Shown piece after piece: positions 20,256-29,426 of a DNA stretch of 31,528 bases. Made by a program: the position numbers and the translations under genes. The stretch comes from Deltaproteobacteria bacterium. Lineage in GTDB: Bacteria > Myxococcota_A > UBA9160 > SMWR01. A model generated the notes under the pieces. It was given only the letters and a program-made list of their open reading frames with translations. It ran no database searches and was not told where the DNA came from. Location: assembly GCA_032128375.1 (NCBI GenBank), contig JAQBGU010000159.1, positions 1 through 31,528 on the forward strand, written 5' to 3'. Every line of letters begins with the position of its first letter. Within the stretch, counting starts at the first letter, position 1.

Positions 20256-21137
20256 ATGTCTGAACCCAGCGATTTCTATCAGTTCAAAGGCACCGATGGA
20301 TACATTGTGTCCCGCGCCCTGCTCGAATCTGTCAATTGCGCGATCGCTCTCGAGCGCCCACTGCTGATCAAAGGAGAGCCAGGTACCGGCAAGACGCTTC
20401 TCGCCAAGCACGTGTCCAAGGGTCTCGACATGAAGATGGAGTCTTGGCACATCAAGTCGACCTCCAAGGCGAGCGAAGGGCTCTACGTCTACGACACCGT
20501 GCAGCGTCTAAACGACGCGCGCTTCGGGTCGGGAGACGTGTCCGACATCCGCAAGTACATACGCTACGGCCCGCTCGGCCGGGTATTTGCCGCGGAAGAA
20601 CGACAGGTGTTGTTGATCGACGAAATCGACAAGGCGGACCTCGAGTTCCCGAACGACATCCTGCTCGAGATCGACGAGATGCGCTTCCACGTGATGGAGA
20701 CCAGTGAGGAAGTCGTCGCGAAAAACCGCCCGGTCGTGATCATCACCTCCAACAACGAGAAGGAGCTTCCGGACGCGTTCTTGCGTCGCTGCGTATTCCA
20801 CTTCATCGATTTCCCCGATGTCGCGTTGATGAAGCAGATCATCGACGTGCACCACCCGAACCTCGATTCGACGCTTCTGGACCAGGTTCTGATCAAGTTC
20901 TACTGGCTGCGCGGACAAAGTGAGCTGCGCAAAAAACCGTCGACGTCCGAGTTGATCGATTGGATCTCGGTGCTGCTGCGGTCCGGCGTCACACAGGGCC
21001 AGGTGGAAGGTCACATCCCGTTCCTCGGGTCACTGCTGAAAAACGAGCAGGACACCGAGGCGCTGGGTGAATACAAAACCGGCGGCGGGACGTTCCCCGA
21101 CAAGTGGAGCGACCTGGGGCCGCAGTACAATCAATAG
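20256..21137 (+). CDS. MoxR-family AAA+ ATPase (PA2707-like)
   Basis: Walker A GEPGTGKT, WHIKST, Walker B LLIDEIDKAD.EFPND, TSNNEKELPDAFLRRC, KKPSTSELIDW. Confidence 0.93.
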   Translation: MSEPSDFYQFKGTDGYIVSRALLESVNCAIALERPLLIKGEPGTGKTLLAKHVSKGLDMKMESWHIKSTSKASEGLYVYDTVQRLNDARFGSGDVSDIRKYIRYGPLGRVFAAEERQVLLIDEIDKADLEFPNDILLEIDEMRFHVMETSEEVVAKNRPVVIITSNNEKELPDAFLRRCVFHFIDFPDVALMKQIIDVHHPNLDSTLLDQVLIKFYWLRGQSELRKKPSTSELIDWISVLLRSGVTQGQVEGHIPFLGSLLKNEQDTEALGEYKTGGGTFPDKWSDLGPQYNQ

Positions 21138-21251
21138 TCCGACAATCGTACGGCAAGGGCTCGACTGTGGTCGGATGATCGGATGAATAGACCGATTCAC
21201 CAGTTCAGTAACATGTCGAAATAGGCGGCCATTGCCGCGGGGATTCGCGCG

Positions 21252-22454
21252 ATGTTTCTCGATCTTTTCTACGGCTTGCGCAAGGAGGGCGTACCGGTTG
21301 GAATGCAAGAATGGATGATGTTGATGGACGCCCTCGGCAAGGGGCTCCACGGCTCCGATCTGATGAGCTTCTACAACATCTCTCGCGCCTGTCTGGTCAA
21401 GAGCGAGACGTATTTCGACCATTTCGATCGCGTGTTCGCACGCGTCTTCCACGGCGTGGAAGGCGAACTGAGTGTGTCCGATGAGCTGATGGAATGGTTG
21501 TCGGACCCGAAGAATTTCGACGGGCTCACCGACGAGCAGCGCGCGGCGCTCGAAGAACTCGATGCAGACGAACTGATGCGGCGCTACTACGAGACGTTGG
21601 CCGAACAGGACGAACGCCACGACGGCGGCGGAAAGTGGGTCGGTACCGGAGGGCGCTCGCCGTTTGGTCACGGCGGTGAGCACCCGACGGGTATCCGGGT
21701 TGGAGGCGAAAGTAAGAACCGCTCTGCGATGAAGGTCGCCGAAGATCGCCGCTTCCGGGAGTACCGCACAGACTCGACGCTGGATATCCGCTCGACCAAG
21801 ATGGCGCTACGGCGCTTGCGGACGTTGACCCGCCAGGGTCCGAACGACGAACTCGACCTCGCCGAGACCATCGACGAAACCTGTCGCAACGCCGGCGAGA
21901 TCGAGCTGGTGTTCCGTCCCGAGCGACGCAACAACGTGCGTCTGCTGCTGTTCATGGACGTGGGCGGAACGATGGACCCCTACTACGAGCCGGTCAGCCG
22001 GCTGCTGACGGCGCTGCACGAAGAGCGCGGCATTCGCGACTTCAAGGCCTATTACTTCCACAACTGCATCTACGAAATGGTCGGAACGACGGCGGATCTG
22101 TACCGCAAAGACGCCGTCCCGACCGGAGACATCCTGCGCCGGCTCGACGATCGTTGGAAGGTGCTGTTCGTTGGCGATGCAGCGATGCACCCGTCCGAGC
22201 TGATGTCCGCTCGCGGAAACATCAACCCGCGTTTCGAAAGTGACACGCGTGGAATCGATTGGCTGTGGCGCATCGCAAAACATTTCAAGCGGTCGGTCTG
22301 GCTGAACCCGGACCCACAGAAAAGCTGGGCGAACACGCGGACCACGCAGGCGATCGGGAACATCTATCCGATGTTCCCGCTGACGGTCGACGGCATTTCC
22401 GATGCAGTGAAATCACTGATCGGCTCGCGCCCGAACTCGAAAAACTTGCATTAG
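21252..22454 (+). CDS. VWA-domain (CoxE-like) partner of the MoxR ATPase
   Basis: RHDGGGKWVGTGGRSPFGHGG, MIDAS-like MDVGGTM, YFHNCIY, VGDAAMHPSEL, VWLNP; directly downstream of the MoxR gene. Confidence 0.88.
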   Translation: MFLDLFYGLRKEGVPVGMQEWMMLMDALGKGLHGSDLMSFYNISRACLVKSETYFDHFDRVFARVFHGVEGELSVSDELMEWLSDPKNFDGLTDEQRAALEELDADELMRRYYETLAEQDERHDGGGKWVGTGGRSPFGHGGEHPTGIRVGGESKNRSAMKVAEDRRFREYRTDSTLDIRSTKMALRRLRTLTRQGPNDELDLAETIDETCRNAGEIELVFRPERRNNVRLLLFMDVGGTMDPYYEPVSRLLTALHEERGIRDFKAYYFHNCIYEMVGTTADLYRKDAVPTGDILRRLDDRWKVLFVGDAAMHPSELMSARGNINPRFESDTRGIDWLWRIAKHFKRSVWLNPDPQKSWANTRTTQAIGNIYPMFPLTVDGISDAVKSLIGSRPNSKNLH

Positions 22455-22622
22455 CGCAAGTGAGTATTCGGCTTGCTCGATCTCGTTCGCCTGCACGACG
22501 CGTGAGAGATGTTCTGCGCGGAACCCGGCTCTAGCAACGCTAGCGCCCCGTCATACAGAGCCCTTGTTGATTCGAACTCGAATCGGGCCCACTTCACATC
22601 GCGCCCACGTATAGCCGGTCCC

Positions 22623-23744
22623 TCAAGCGCGTTCGAATACCGCAAGCGTTTCGACGTGATCGGTGAATGGAAACAGTGCGAAGGGTTGTAGCCGGTCCAA
22701 GCGCAGTCGCCCCTGCGAGAGCAGCGCGGCCGCGTCACTGCAGAGTTGGTCGAGGTCACAGCTCAAGTAAACAATCCGCTGCGGCGCTTGCGTTGCGAGT
22801 GCGGTCAGCAGGGCTGCGTCCAGACCCTTTCTGGGGGGGTCGACGATCGCGACATCACAGTCTGCGAGAGCGTCGGTACATGCACCGGCTGGACCGGCAA
22901 CGATTCGGGCCCGTTCGCTCTCAGGTACCCGCGCGATGCCCAACTCGAGTCCCTGGAGTCCCGCTGGGCTGACTTCGTTGAAGGTGACTGTGTGTCCTCG
23001 CTGCAACAGGCCGAGCCCGATGGCGCCACAGCCGGCATAGAATTCTGTCACGCGCGCGCCCTCATCTACACATGCGTGGATCGAGTCGACGATCCGATCG
23101 GCCAGCGCCAGATGGCTCTGTCCGAATGCACCCGGCGGAAAGAACACGCGGGCTCCCCCGATTTGCTCTTCGACCGTATCGGCCCCGCACATCTGCGACC
23201 AATGTCGACCCAGTATCGTGTTGGTCCGTTCGGGGTTACCATTCCACCACAGGCTGTGGAGTTCGGCGCCCAGTGCGCGTTCGAGCTCGCCTAACATGTC
23301 GGCGCAGGGACTGGGATCGGGAGAGTTCGTGACCACCACGACCTGAACCGTCTGGCTCGAACGTTCGACGACCACTTGCAGCGCGCGCACCAGGCCGCGA
23401 TGCGCCGTGTCGGCGTAGGGTGGTAGTTCGGTCTTGCGCATCGCAGTCTTCAGAGCCCGCGCGCTCGTATTCACCAATGGGTGATGAACGGGGCAGTTCG
23501 GGATGTCGGCGATGCGATGGGTGCCCGCCTGGAACAGCCCGACTTTTGGGGATCGGGCTCGGCCGCGCACCATCAGCCGTGCGCGGTGCCGGTGAGCGTG
23601 TGGCGTCGCTTCAGACAGCGGTGCGAGGTTGGCTTTCGTTTCGCGAGCCAGCTGCTCGATTCGGGCGCCGGTGGATCCAGCCAATCCCGCGACACCAAAA
23701 TGTGGGCAGCCCGGGCACGTCGGACGGTGTGTACAATCCGGCAT
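22623..23744 (-). CDS. RNA m5U methyltransferase, RlmD/RlmC/TrmA family (4Fe-4S type, no TRAM domain)
   Basis: CTHRPTCPGC cluster plus CPVH, FGQSH, EFYAGCG SAM motif, VDPPRKG, YLSC, FPFTDHVE. The start may be GTG 23768 instead. Confidence 0.9.
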   Translation of the reverse strand: MPDCTHRPTCPGCPHFGVAGLAGSTGARIEQLARETKANLAPLSEATPHAHRHRARLMVRGRARSPKVGLFQAGTHRIADIPNCPVHHPLVNTSARALKTAMRKTELPPYADTAHRGLVRALQVVVERSSQTVQVVVVTNSPDPSPCADMLGELERALGAELHSLWWNGNPERTNTILGRHWSQMCGADTVEEQIGGARVFFPPGAFGQSHLALADRIVDSIHACVDEGARVTEFYAGCGAIGLGLLQRGHTVTFNEVSPAGLQGLELGIARVPESERARIVAGPAGACTDALADCDVAIVDPPRKGLDAALLTALATQAPQRIVYLSCDLDQLCSDAAALLSQGRLRLDRLQPFALFPFTDHVETLAVFERA

Positions 23745-23854
23745 CGAAAACGAAGTCGCGAGATCCACATCGGGCAGCTTAGCGGCCGCCTTCCGGGCTG
23801 GGGCCCGAAGCACCTCTCAGCTGCCTCGCATGGGCTCAGCCCGCCGAGCCGTCG

Positions 23855-23995
23855 ACAATGGCTCTCGCAGCCGCTCTCGAAACTCGGGATCCTTTGTGGG
23901 TCACCGGCGATCTTCCTGTCGACGCGCGTTCTGCCCGCTGGGCCGAGATCATCTTCCACAATGGCTCTCGTAGCTGCTCTCGAAACTCGGGGTCC
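23855..23995. repeat. 38-bp imperfect direct repeat, two copies (23855-23892, 23958-23995)
   Basis: ACAATGGCTCTCGyAGCyGCTCTCGAAACTCGGGrTCC, 35/38 identical, period 103 bp. Confidence 0.85.
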
Positions 23996-24590
23996 ACATC
24001 GACCGGCATCTCTCCCACCAAAACAATGTTTTACGGTTCGCGGAGCGAGCGAACTCTTGAGTAGCTTCAGAGTTTTCCGATCGAATACGACAATTTCCGA
24101 TCGTAGAATGCCGAACTCAAATCTGAGGCTGTTTTTCACTCCGCAGCGCGACACGGGCGATCCCATGGCCGCCGAACGACTCACTCGCGATTGGGTCGGG
24201 ACACGATTCGAACCGGGACAGTCTCTCGGTCCAAGGACATCATGCCCGGCGTCGGCTGCAGGTCGTCGACCGAACTCGATTCTCTGTTCGAGGGGTCGCG
24301 GGGCCCAAAGTACTCCCCACCTGTACAGTGATTCCCGGCATGCGCGCGATGCGAAATAGGTCAAACTTCAGTTGATGCGAATGCCACACGGTGAGCCGAG
24401 CATCGGATTATTCCGTCCACTCCCCGGCGCGGCCGGCACACCAAACCGTTTATGATAGTTCTGTGCAGCCAGGGCTTCGTCGGTCGTGTGGTGTTGCATT
24501 CGGTGTGCGGGGCGACCCCGCCAATTCGTCTCGATGCAGGGTCACCCGGAACTCCCGGCTGTAGGCTGAGCGAGTCCCCATTGTTTCCGA

Positions 24591-24631
24591 TTGACCCGGC
24601 ATACGGCGCGGTGTAGCTTGAATCGAGTCAA
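24591..24631 (+). promoter_or_regulatory. Putative sigma70 promoter overlapped by an FNR/Crp-like box
   Basis: TTGACC (24591)-17 nt-TAGCTT (24614); TTGAATCGAGTCAA (24618-24631) matches TTGAT-N4-ATCAA at 8/10 positions. Confidence 0.4.
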
Positions 24632-24692
24632 TGCTTGGGGGCTCATCTCCTGGCGCGGGTTCCCACCTCTGGCAGTTTTGGGGAGGATCCTC

Positions 24693-26159
24693 ATGTCCGG
24701 TACGCCTTCGACCCCTGACACCCTGAGCGAGTTTTTTTGGGAATCCCTTTATGCTGGTGTGCTCGGTGGTTCGGCGGTCGCGCTATTTTTCCTGATTTCA
24801 GATCTGTTTGACGGGCAGCCGTTTTTCACACCGTCACTGATCGGCAGTGTGATGTTCCAGGGGGTTTCCGCTGCAGACGTCGCAACCGTGCACCTCGACG
24901 CGGTGGTCTACTTCACCATCGTGCACATCGCCGGATTCGCTGTGCTCGGAGGGGCAATCTCGTTTCTGGTCCATGAGATCGAGTTGCACTCGCGGCACCC
25001 ACTGGTGCTGCTGTTGGTGCTCTTCGCAGTCATCGAAGCGGCGTTCTTCATCGTGGCCCCACTGGCAATGCCCGGCGTGATCGTACGGTTGGGAATGGCT
25101 CGGGTAGTCACGGCGAATCTGCTGGCAGCCGTGGCGATGGCGCTCTTCTTCGTGTTGTCCCACCGAGCCGGAGCCTGGACGAAGGTCAAGCACACCACGC
25201 CAGAGCTGATGATCGACTCGCTGTATTCGGGCGTGCTCGGTGGCTCGGCGGTGGCCGCCTTCTTCCTGGTCGTCGACCTCTTCGACGGACAGCCGTTTTT
25301 CACGCCGTCGCTGATCGGCAGCGTGCTCTTCCAGGGCGTCGCCGCACAAGATGTGACGGGGGTGCAGTTTTCGGCGGTCTTCTATTTCAGCATCGTGCAC
25401 ATCATCGCGTTTGCTGCGCTAGGAGCGGCCATCTCGTTGGTAGTCCACGAGGTCGAGCTACACGCGAGACATCCCATCGAGGTGCTGCTCGTGGTCTTCG
25501 TGATCATCGAAGTGGCCTTCTTCGCCGTGGCCCCACTGGTAATGCCCGGTGTGATCGAGAGGTTGGGAGTGGTTCGGGTCGGCATCGCGAACCTGCTGGC
25601 GTCGGGTTCGATGGCGCTCTTCTTCGTGCTCTACCACCGCTCGACCGCCCGCGAAAAGCTCAAGCACAACCTCGCCGATTTTCTGTTCGACTCCTTCTAC
25701 TCGGGTGCGCTCGGCGGGTCGGCAGTCGCGCTCTTCTTCTTGGTCGCCGACGCTCTGGACGGGCAGCCGCTTTTCACCCCATCGCTGATGGGCAGTGTTC
25801 TCTTTCTCGACATCGCGGCAGAAGACGTAATGAAGGTGAGTCTCCACGCGGTGGCCTACTTCAGTGCGGCACACTTCGCCGCGTGTGCCGTGTTGGGAAC
25901 AGGGGTCACTTGGTTGGTCCACGAGGTAGAGCTGCACTCGCGGCATCCCGTGGCGATGCTGCTCGTTCTCTTCCCGGTGCTCGAAGTGATTTTTTTGCTC
26001 GCGGCCTCTCTGACGATGCCCGGCGTGATCGAACGATTGGGAATCATCCGGGTCGGCCTCGCGAACTTGCTGGCGGCAGGTTCGATGTCGCTCTTCTTCG
26101 TACTCTCCCACCGCGAGAATGCCTGGAACAAGATCAAGCACGCCGTGCGGCTCGCCTAG
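24693..26159 (+). CDS. Uncharacterised integral membrane protein with three tandem 158-aa 4-TM repeats
   Basis: GGAGG RBS before ATG 24693; 488 aa; repeats diverge by synonymous and conservative changes while keeping frame. Confidence 0.9.
   Translation: MSGTPSTPDTLSEFFWESLYAGVLGGSAVALFFLISDLFDGQPFFTPSLIGSVMFQGVSAADVATVHLDAVVYFTIVHIAGFAVLGGAISFLVHEIELHSRHPLVLLLVLFAVIEAAFFIVAPLAMPGVIVRLGMARVVTANLLAAVAMALFFVLSHRAGAWTKVKHTTPELMIDSLYSGVLGGSAVAAFFLVVDLFDGQPFFTPSLIGSVLFQGVAAQDVTGVQFSAVFYFSIVHIIAFAALGAAISLVVHEVELHARHPIEVLLVVFVIIEVAFFAVAPLVMPGVIERLGVVRVGIANLLASGSMALFFVLYHRSTAREKLKHNLADFLFDSFYSGALGGSAVALFFLVADALDGQPLFTPSLMGSVLFLDIAAEDVMKVSLHAVAYFSAAHFAACAVLGTGVTWLVHEVELHSRHPVAMLLVLFPVLEVIFLLAASLTMPGVIERLGIIRVGLANLLAAGSMSLFFVLSHRENAWNKIKHAVRLA
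24720..26141 (+). repeat. Intragenic tandem triplication, 474-bp period
   Basis: GQP(F/L)FTPSL codons start at 24813, 25287 and 25761; TM2 His codons at 24924, 25398 and 25872. Confidence 0.95.
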
Positions 26160-26224
26160 CAGAGCGACCTGGTGGCAGGCTTCTACTGCACGGCGGCGAA
26201 GCTGAAAATTCTCGGAGAAGGATT

Positions 26225-26503
26225 CTAGGGTCGGGAGTCGCTGGGGACTGCCCGGCTCGCTGCTTCCAATGCACCGAGGTACGCAGCCCGGCGCGTCCAG
26301 TAGATCATCAGGGACCCAATCCCCATCAGCACCGTGCAAACCACCCCCAGCAGCACGAGCAACCCCGCCTCGGCGCCCTGGGACATCGCGGAATTCGGAT
26401 CCCCATAACAGACGGAACAAGCCAGCGCGGGATGGGCGCTCAGGAGCGCGCCCAGGCACGCGAGGATCACCAGCGACACGGTGGCCAGACGTTTTTGGAT
26501 CAT
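26225..26503 (-). CDS. Small exported/membrane CxxC protein of the oxidase operon
   Basis: ATGA overlap with the upstream gene; signal-like N-terminus ending ALA, then CSVCYG, then one TM helix; 92 aa. Confidence 0.8.
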   Translation of the reverse strand: MIQKRLATVSLVILACLGALLSAHPALACSVCYGDPNSAMSQGAEAGLLVLLGVVCTVLMGIGSLMIYWTRRAAYLGALEAASRAVPSDSRP

Positions 26504-26706
26504 AGGTAGCTCACGCCCTTCAACTTGCGCAGAAACCAGACCCCGTAGCACGCAAGCAGAATACTTCCGATGAAGGATCCCACTCCGAGGGCGAGCTGGA
26601 TCCAGTTCCCGGATCGGGCGAAGTCCTGGGTCGCCCAGACCCCGAAGCCGACGCAGAGCGCCGTCGACACCACGATGAAGAAGATGTGAAAGGCCTTCAG
26701 CGACAC
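26500..26706 (-). CDS. Small 2-TM membrane protein of the oxidase operon
   Basis: MSLKAFHIFFIVVS..; two hydrophobic helices; AAGGA RBS; tightly packed after coxIV. Confidence 0.78.
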   Translation of the reverse strand: MSLKAFHIFFIVVSTALCVGFGVWATQDFARSGNWIQLALGVGSFIGSILLACYGVWFLRKLKGVSYL

Positions 26707-26728
26707 TGATCCTTCTCATTCCCGAGTC

Positions 26729-27058
26729 TTAGAGCGGCCACAACGGGCCGTTCCCGGTCTGGGTCCCCAACGGCAGCAAGAACAGGAAGACAAGGAAGGC
26801 CGCGCAGAGGACCAGGAGGTAGAGGATCACTCTTTCCTCTGAGAGGAGATGCATGAAGTAGCCGGCCACCATGCCCGCTTTCACCGTCGCAACCACCATC
26901 GCCACCGAGATGGCAATCGCCGTCGGCAGGTGGAGATACGAGATCGCGACCGTGACGATCGTCAACACGGCCAGCGCAACGAACACCATCACGTAGACCC
27001 TGAGGTGTTCTCTGACGCGCGCAGCCTCCGACTCGCTGATGGCAACCCCTTCATGCAT
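26729..27058 (-). CDS. Cytochrome c oxidase subunit IV family protein
   Basis: YVMVFVALAVLTIVTV, VKAGMVAGYFMHL..E; AGGAG RBS before ATG 27058. Confidence 0.9.
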   Translation of the reverse strand: MHEGVAISESEAARVREHLRVYVMVFVALAVLTIVTVAISYLHLPTAIAISVAMVVATVKAGMVAGYFMHLLSEERVILYLLVLCAAFLVFLFLLPLGTQTGNGPLWPL

Positions 27059-27066
27059 GGCAACTC

Positions 27067-27699
27067 CTAGAGTAGATAAAGCACGGGAAAGAGGAAGATC
27101 CAGACCAGATCCACGAAGTGCCAGTAGAGCCCGGCGATCTCGATACGGCCGGAGAAACGCTCGGGCTCGGTCTCGAACAGCGCAACTCCCCAGATCAGCA
27201 GCCACAGGTTGGCGAGAATGCCCAGGAAGACGTGCAGGGCGTGCAACCCGGTCAGCGTGAAATAGATGGCATAAAACGCAGAGGGATCGGAGGCCTCCGG
27301 CCAGCCGGTGCTGGGAAATATGCCGTGACCGAATTTCCCGTTGTACTCGAATCCCTTGACCACCAGAAAGACCAGACCCAGGACGATCGTGGCGCCCAGG
27401 TAGCGTTTGAAGGCGCCGGGGTTGCCCATCTTGAGCGAAGCCCACGACATGACCATCGTGATGCTCGACGTGATGAGCACGAGGGTGTTGAAGGTCCCGA
27501 TGGGCACGTTCAATCCGGCTTCCACGCCGGTGGGCCAGGTCGCATCCCCCGCGCCCACGCGGAGGAGCACATACGAGGAGAAGAGGGCGCCGAACAACAT
27601 CACTTCGGAGGCCAGGAACAACCAGATTCCGAGCTTGCCGCTGGTGACGCCGGTGAGCGGATGCGGCTGCGTCCGGTACGGGATGACGATTTCCGACAT
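27067..27699 (-). CDS. coxC: Heme-copper oxidase subunit III (short 5-TM form)
   Basis: [50 protein letters not shown]. Confidence 0.95.
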   Translation of the reverse strand: MSEIVIPYRTQPHPLTGVTSGKLGIWLFLASEVMLFGALFSSYVLLRVGAGDATWPTGVEAGLNVPIGTFNTLVLITSSITMVMSWASLKMGNPGAFKRYLGATIVLGLVFLVVKGFEYNGKFGHGIFPSTGWPEASDPSAFYAIYFTLTGLHALHVFLGILANLWLLIWGVALFETEPERFSGRIEIAGLYWHFVDLVWIFLFPVLYLL

Positions 27700-27701
27700 G
27701 T

Positions 27702-29426
27702 CTAGCCCTCTCGCTTCAGGTACTGCGGGGAGAAGTCGCGGGGCGCGCCGGGCACGCTGTATTCATACGGCCCGGAGTACACCACCGGGGGCGCGACGAA
27801 GTTTCCGTGCGGCGGCGGCGTCGCCGTCGCCCATTCGAGGGTCGTCGCCTGCCAGGGATTCTCCTCCGCCCTCTCCTGCTTTCGCATGCTCATGAAGAAG
27901 TTGATGATGAACGGGATCTGGGCCAGCGCGAGGAGCCAGGCCGACCAGGAAGTCATGACGGTCAGGCCGTGAACGGCAGCTCCAATTTCGTAGACGCTCG
28001 GATCGAAGAGCCGGCGGGAAACCCCTGCCATGCCTTCGAACATCATGGGCATGAAGACTCCGTTCATGAAGACGAAGGATAGCCAGAAGTGGAGCCTTCC
28101 CAGAGCAACGTTCATCGTCCGCCCGGTGACCTTCGGATACCAGTGATAGATGCCCGCGAACATCGCGAAGATGGTGCCGGGGGCGACCACGTAGTGGAAG
28201 TGCCCGATCACGTAGTAGGTGTCGTGAAAGTGGGCGTCTGGGGCCGCCAAACCCAAGGGGAGCCCCGTCAGCCCGCCGATACCGAACATCGGAAGGAAGG
28301 CCAGCGCAAAGAGCATGGGGACGGGGAACCGGATCGAGGCACCCCACAGGCTGATCACCAGGCAGGTCAAAATGATCACCGAGGGGATCGAGATGATCAT
28401 CGTGGTGATCTGGAAGAAGGTACTCATCGTGGTTCCCATGCCCGTCATGTACATGTGGTGCGCCCAGACACCGAAGGACAGGAAACCGAGGAACAGCAAC
28501 GAGTACACCATCGGCCGGTAGCCCCACAGGGGCTTGCGGGTGTTGATCGCGATCACCTCGGCCACGATCCCCATGCCGGGCAGGATCAGCACGTACACCT
28601 CGGGGTGGGCCAGGAACCAGAACAGGTGCTGCCAGAGCAGGGGGCTGCCGCCCCCGACCGCCGCCACCTGTTCGCCGCCCACCACCAGCCCGCTGGGAAG
28701 GAAGAAGCTCGTACCGGCCAGGCGGTCCATCAGCTGAAAGACGGCCGCGACCTGGAGCGGAGGAAACGCCAGCAGCAGCAGGAACGCGGTCACCAGCTGT
28801 GACCACACGAAGAACGGCAGGCGGAAGAACGTCAGGCCTTCGGCCCGGAGGTGGACGATCGTGACGATGAAGTTGATCGCCCCGAGCAGCGAAGACGCGA
28901 TCAGGAAGATCATTCCGATCAGCCAGAAGGTCTGGCCCGTCGTCGCTGTGACGGCGAGGGGGGCGTACGAGGTCCAGCCCGAACTCGCCGCGCCGCCCGG
29001 CAGGAAGAAGCTCGACAGCATCACGAGGCCGCCGATGACGAACGCCTGGTAGCTCATCATGTTCAGCCGCGGAAAGGCCATGTCCGGCGCGCCGATCTGC
29101 AGCGGGACGACATAATTTCCGAAGGCGCCGACCGCGAGCGGGACGATCCCCATGAAGACCATGATGGTGCCGTGCATGGCGCCGAGTGAATTGTAGAAAG
29201 TGGGCAGCATGGCACCCTTGTCGACCAGGGACTCCCCGAGCAGACCTCCGATGATCGGGATCGACTGGCCTGGATAGGCCAGCTGCCAGCGCATCATCAT
29301 CATCAGGCAGAAACCAAAGAACAGGAAGACCAGCGCGGTCAGTCCGTACTGGATTCCGATCGTCTTGTGGTCCGTGGAAAATACGTACTTGTGCAGGAAC
29401 CCGAGTTCTTCGTGCCCTTCACTCAT
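27702..29426 (-). CDS. coxA: Heme-copper oxidase subunit I, A-family-like
   Basis: [58 protein letters not shown] 29426 overlaps the coxII stop. Confidence 0.96.
   Translation of the reverse strand: MSEGHEELGFLHKYVFSTDHKTIGIQYGLTALVFLFFGFCLMMMMRWQLAYPGQSIPIIGGLLGESLVDKGAMLPTFYNSLGAMHGTIMVFMGIVPLAVGAFGNYVVPLQIGAPDMAFPRLNMMSYQAFVIGGLVMLSSFFLPGGAASSGWTSYAPLAVTATTGQTFWLIGMIFLIASSLLGAINFIVTIVHLRAEGLTFFRLPFFVWSQLVTAFLLLLAFPPLQVAAVFQLMDRLAGTSFFLPSGLVVGGEQVAAVGGGSPLLWQHLFWFLAHPEVYVLILPGMGIVAEVIAINTRKPLWGYRPMVYSLLFLGFLSFGVWAHHMYMTGMGTTMSTFFQITTMIISIPSVIILTCLVISLWGASIRFPVPMLFALAFLPMFGIGGLTGLPLGLAAPDAHFHDTYYVIGHFHYVVAPGTIFAMFAGIYHWYPKVTGRTMNVALGRLHFWLSFVFMNGVFMPMMFEGMAGVSRRLFDPSVYEIGAAVHGLTVMTSWSAWLLALAQIPFIINFFMSMRKQERAEENPWQATTLEWATATPPPHGNFVAPPVVYSGPYEYSVPGAPRDFSPQYLKREG

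Noticed and set aside
20256..22454. MoxR/VWA pair as dedicated chaperone for the oxidase locus
   Set aside because: A common stand-alone pair, separated from the locus by an unrelated gene; nothing in the sequence links them
22569..22584. GATTCGA-AC-TCGAATC palindrome between convergent genes
   Set aside because: Short, built from TCGA words that are abundant here, and has no U-tract
23855..23995. 38-bp repeat pair as a mini CRISPR array
   Set aside because: Only two copies, a 65-bp spacer, a coding-like substitution pattern and no cas genes
24195..24225. GATTCGAACC resembling a reverse tRNA T-loop or att site
   Set aside because: No T-stem pairing, cloverleaf or integrase nearby
23481..24364. 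ORFs 23481..24359 (+) and 23573..24364 (-)
   Set aside because: Arg/Ser/Pro-rich, no motifs, and they overlap the methyltransferase; typical GC-rich spurious ORFs
25458..26459. Minus-strand 333-aa ORF and other long antisense ORFs over cox, fadD and topA genes
   Set aside because: Antisense shadows of well-supported genes caused by high-GC codon bias
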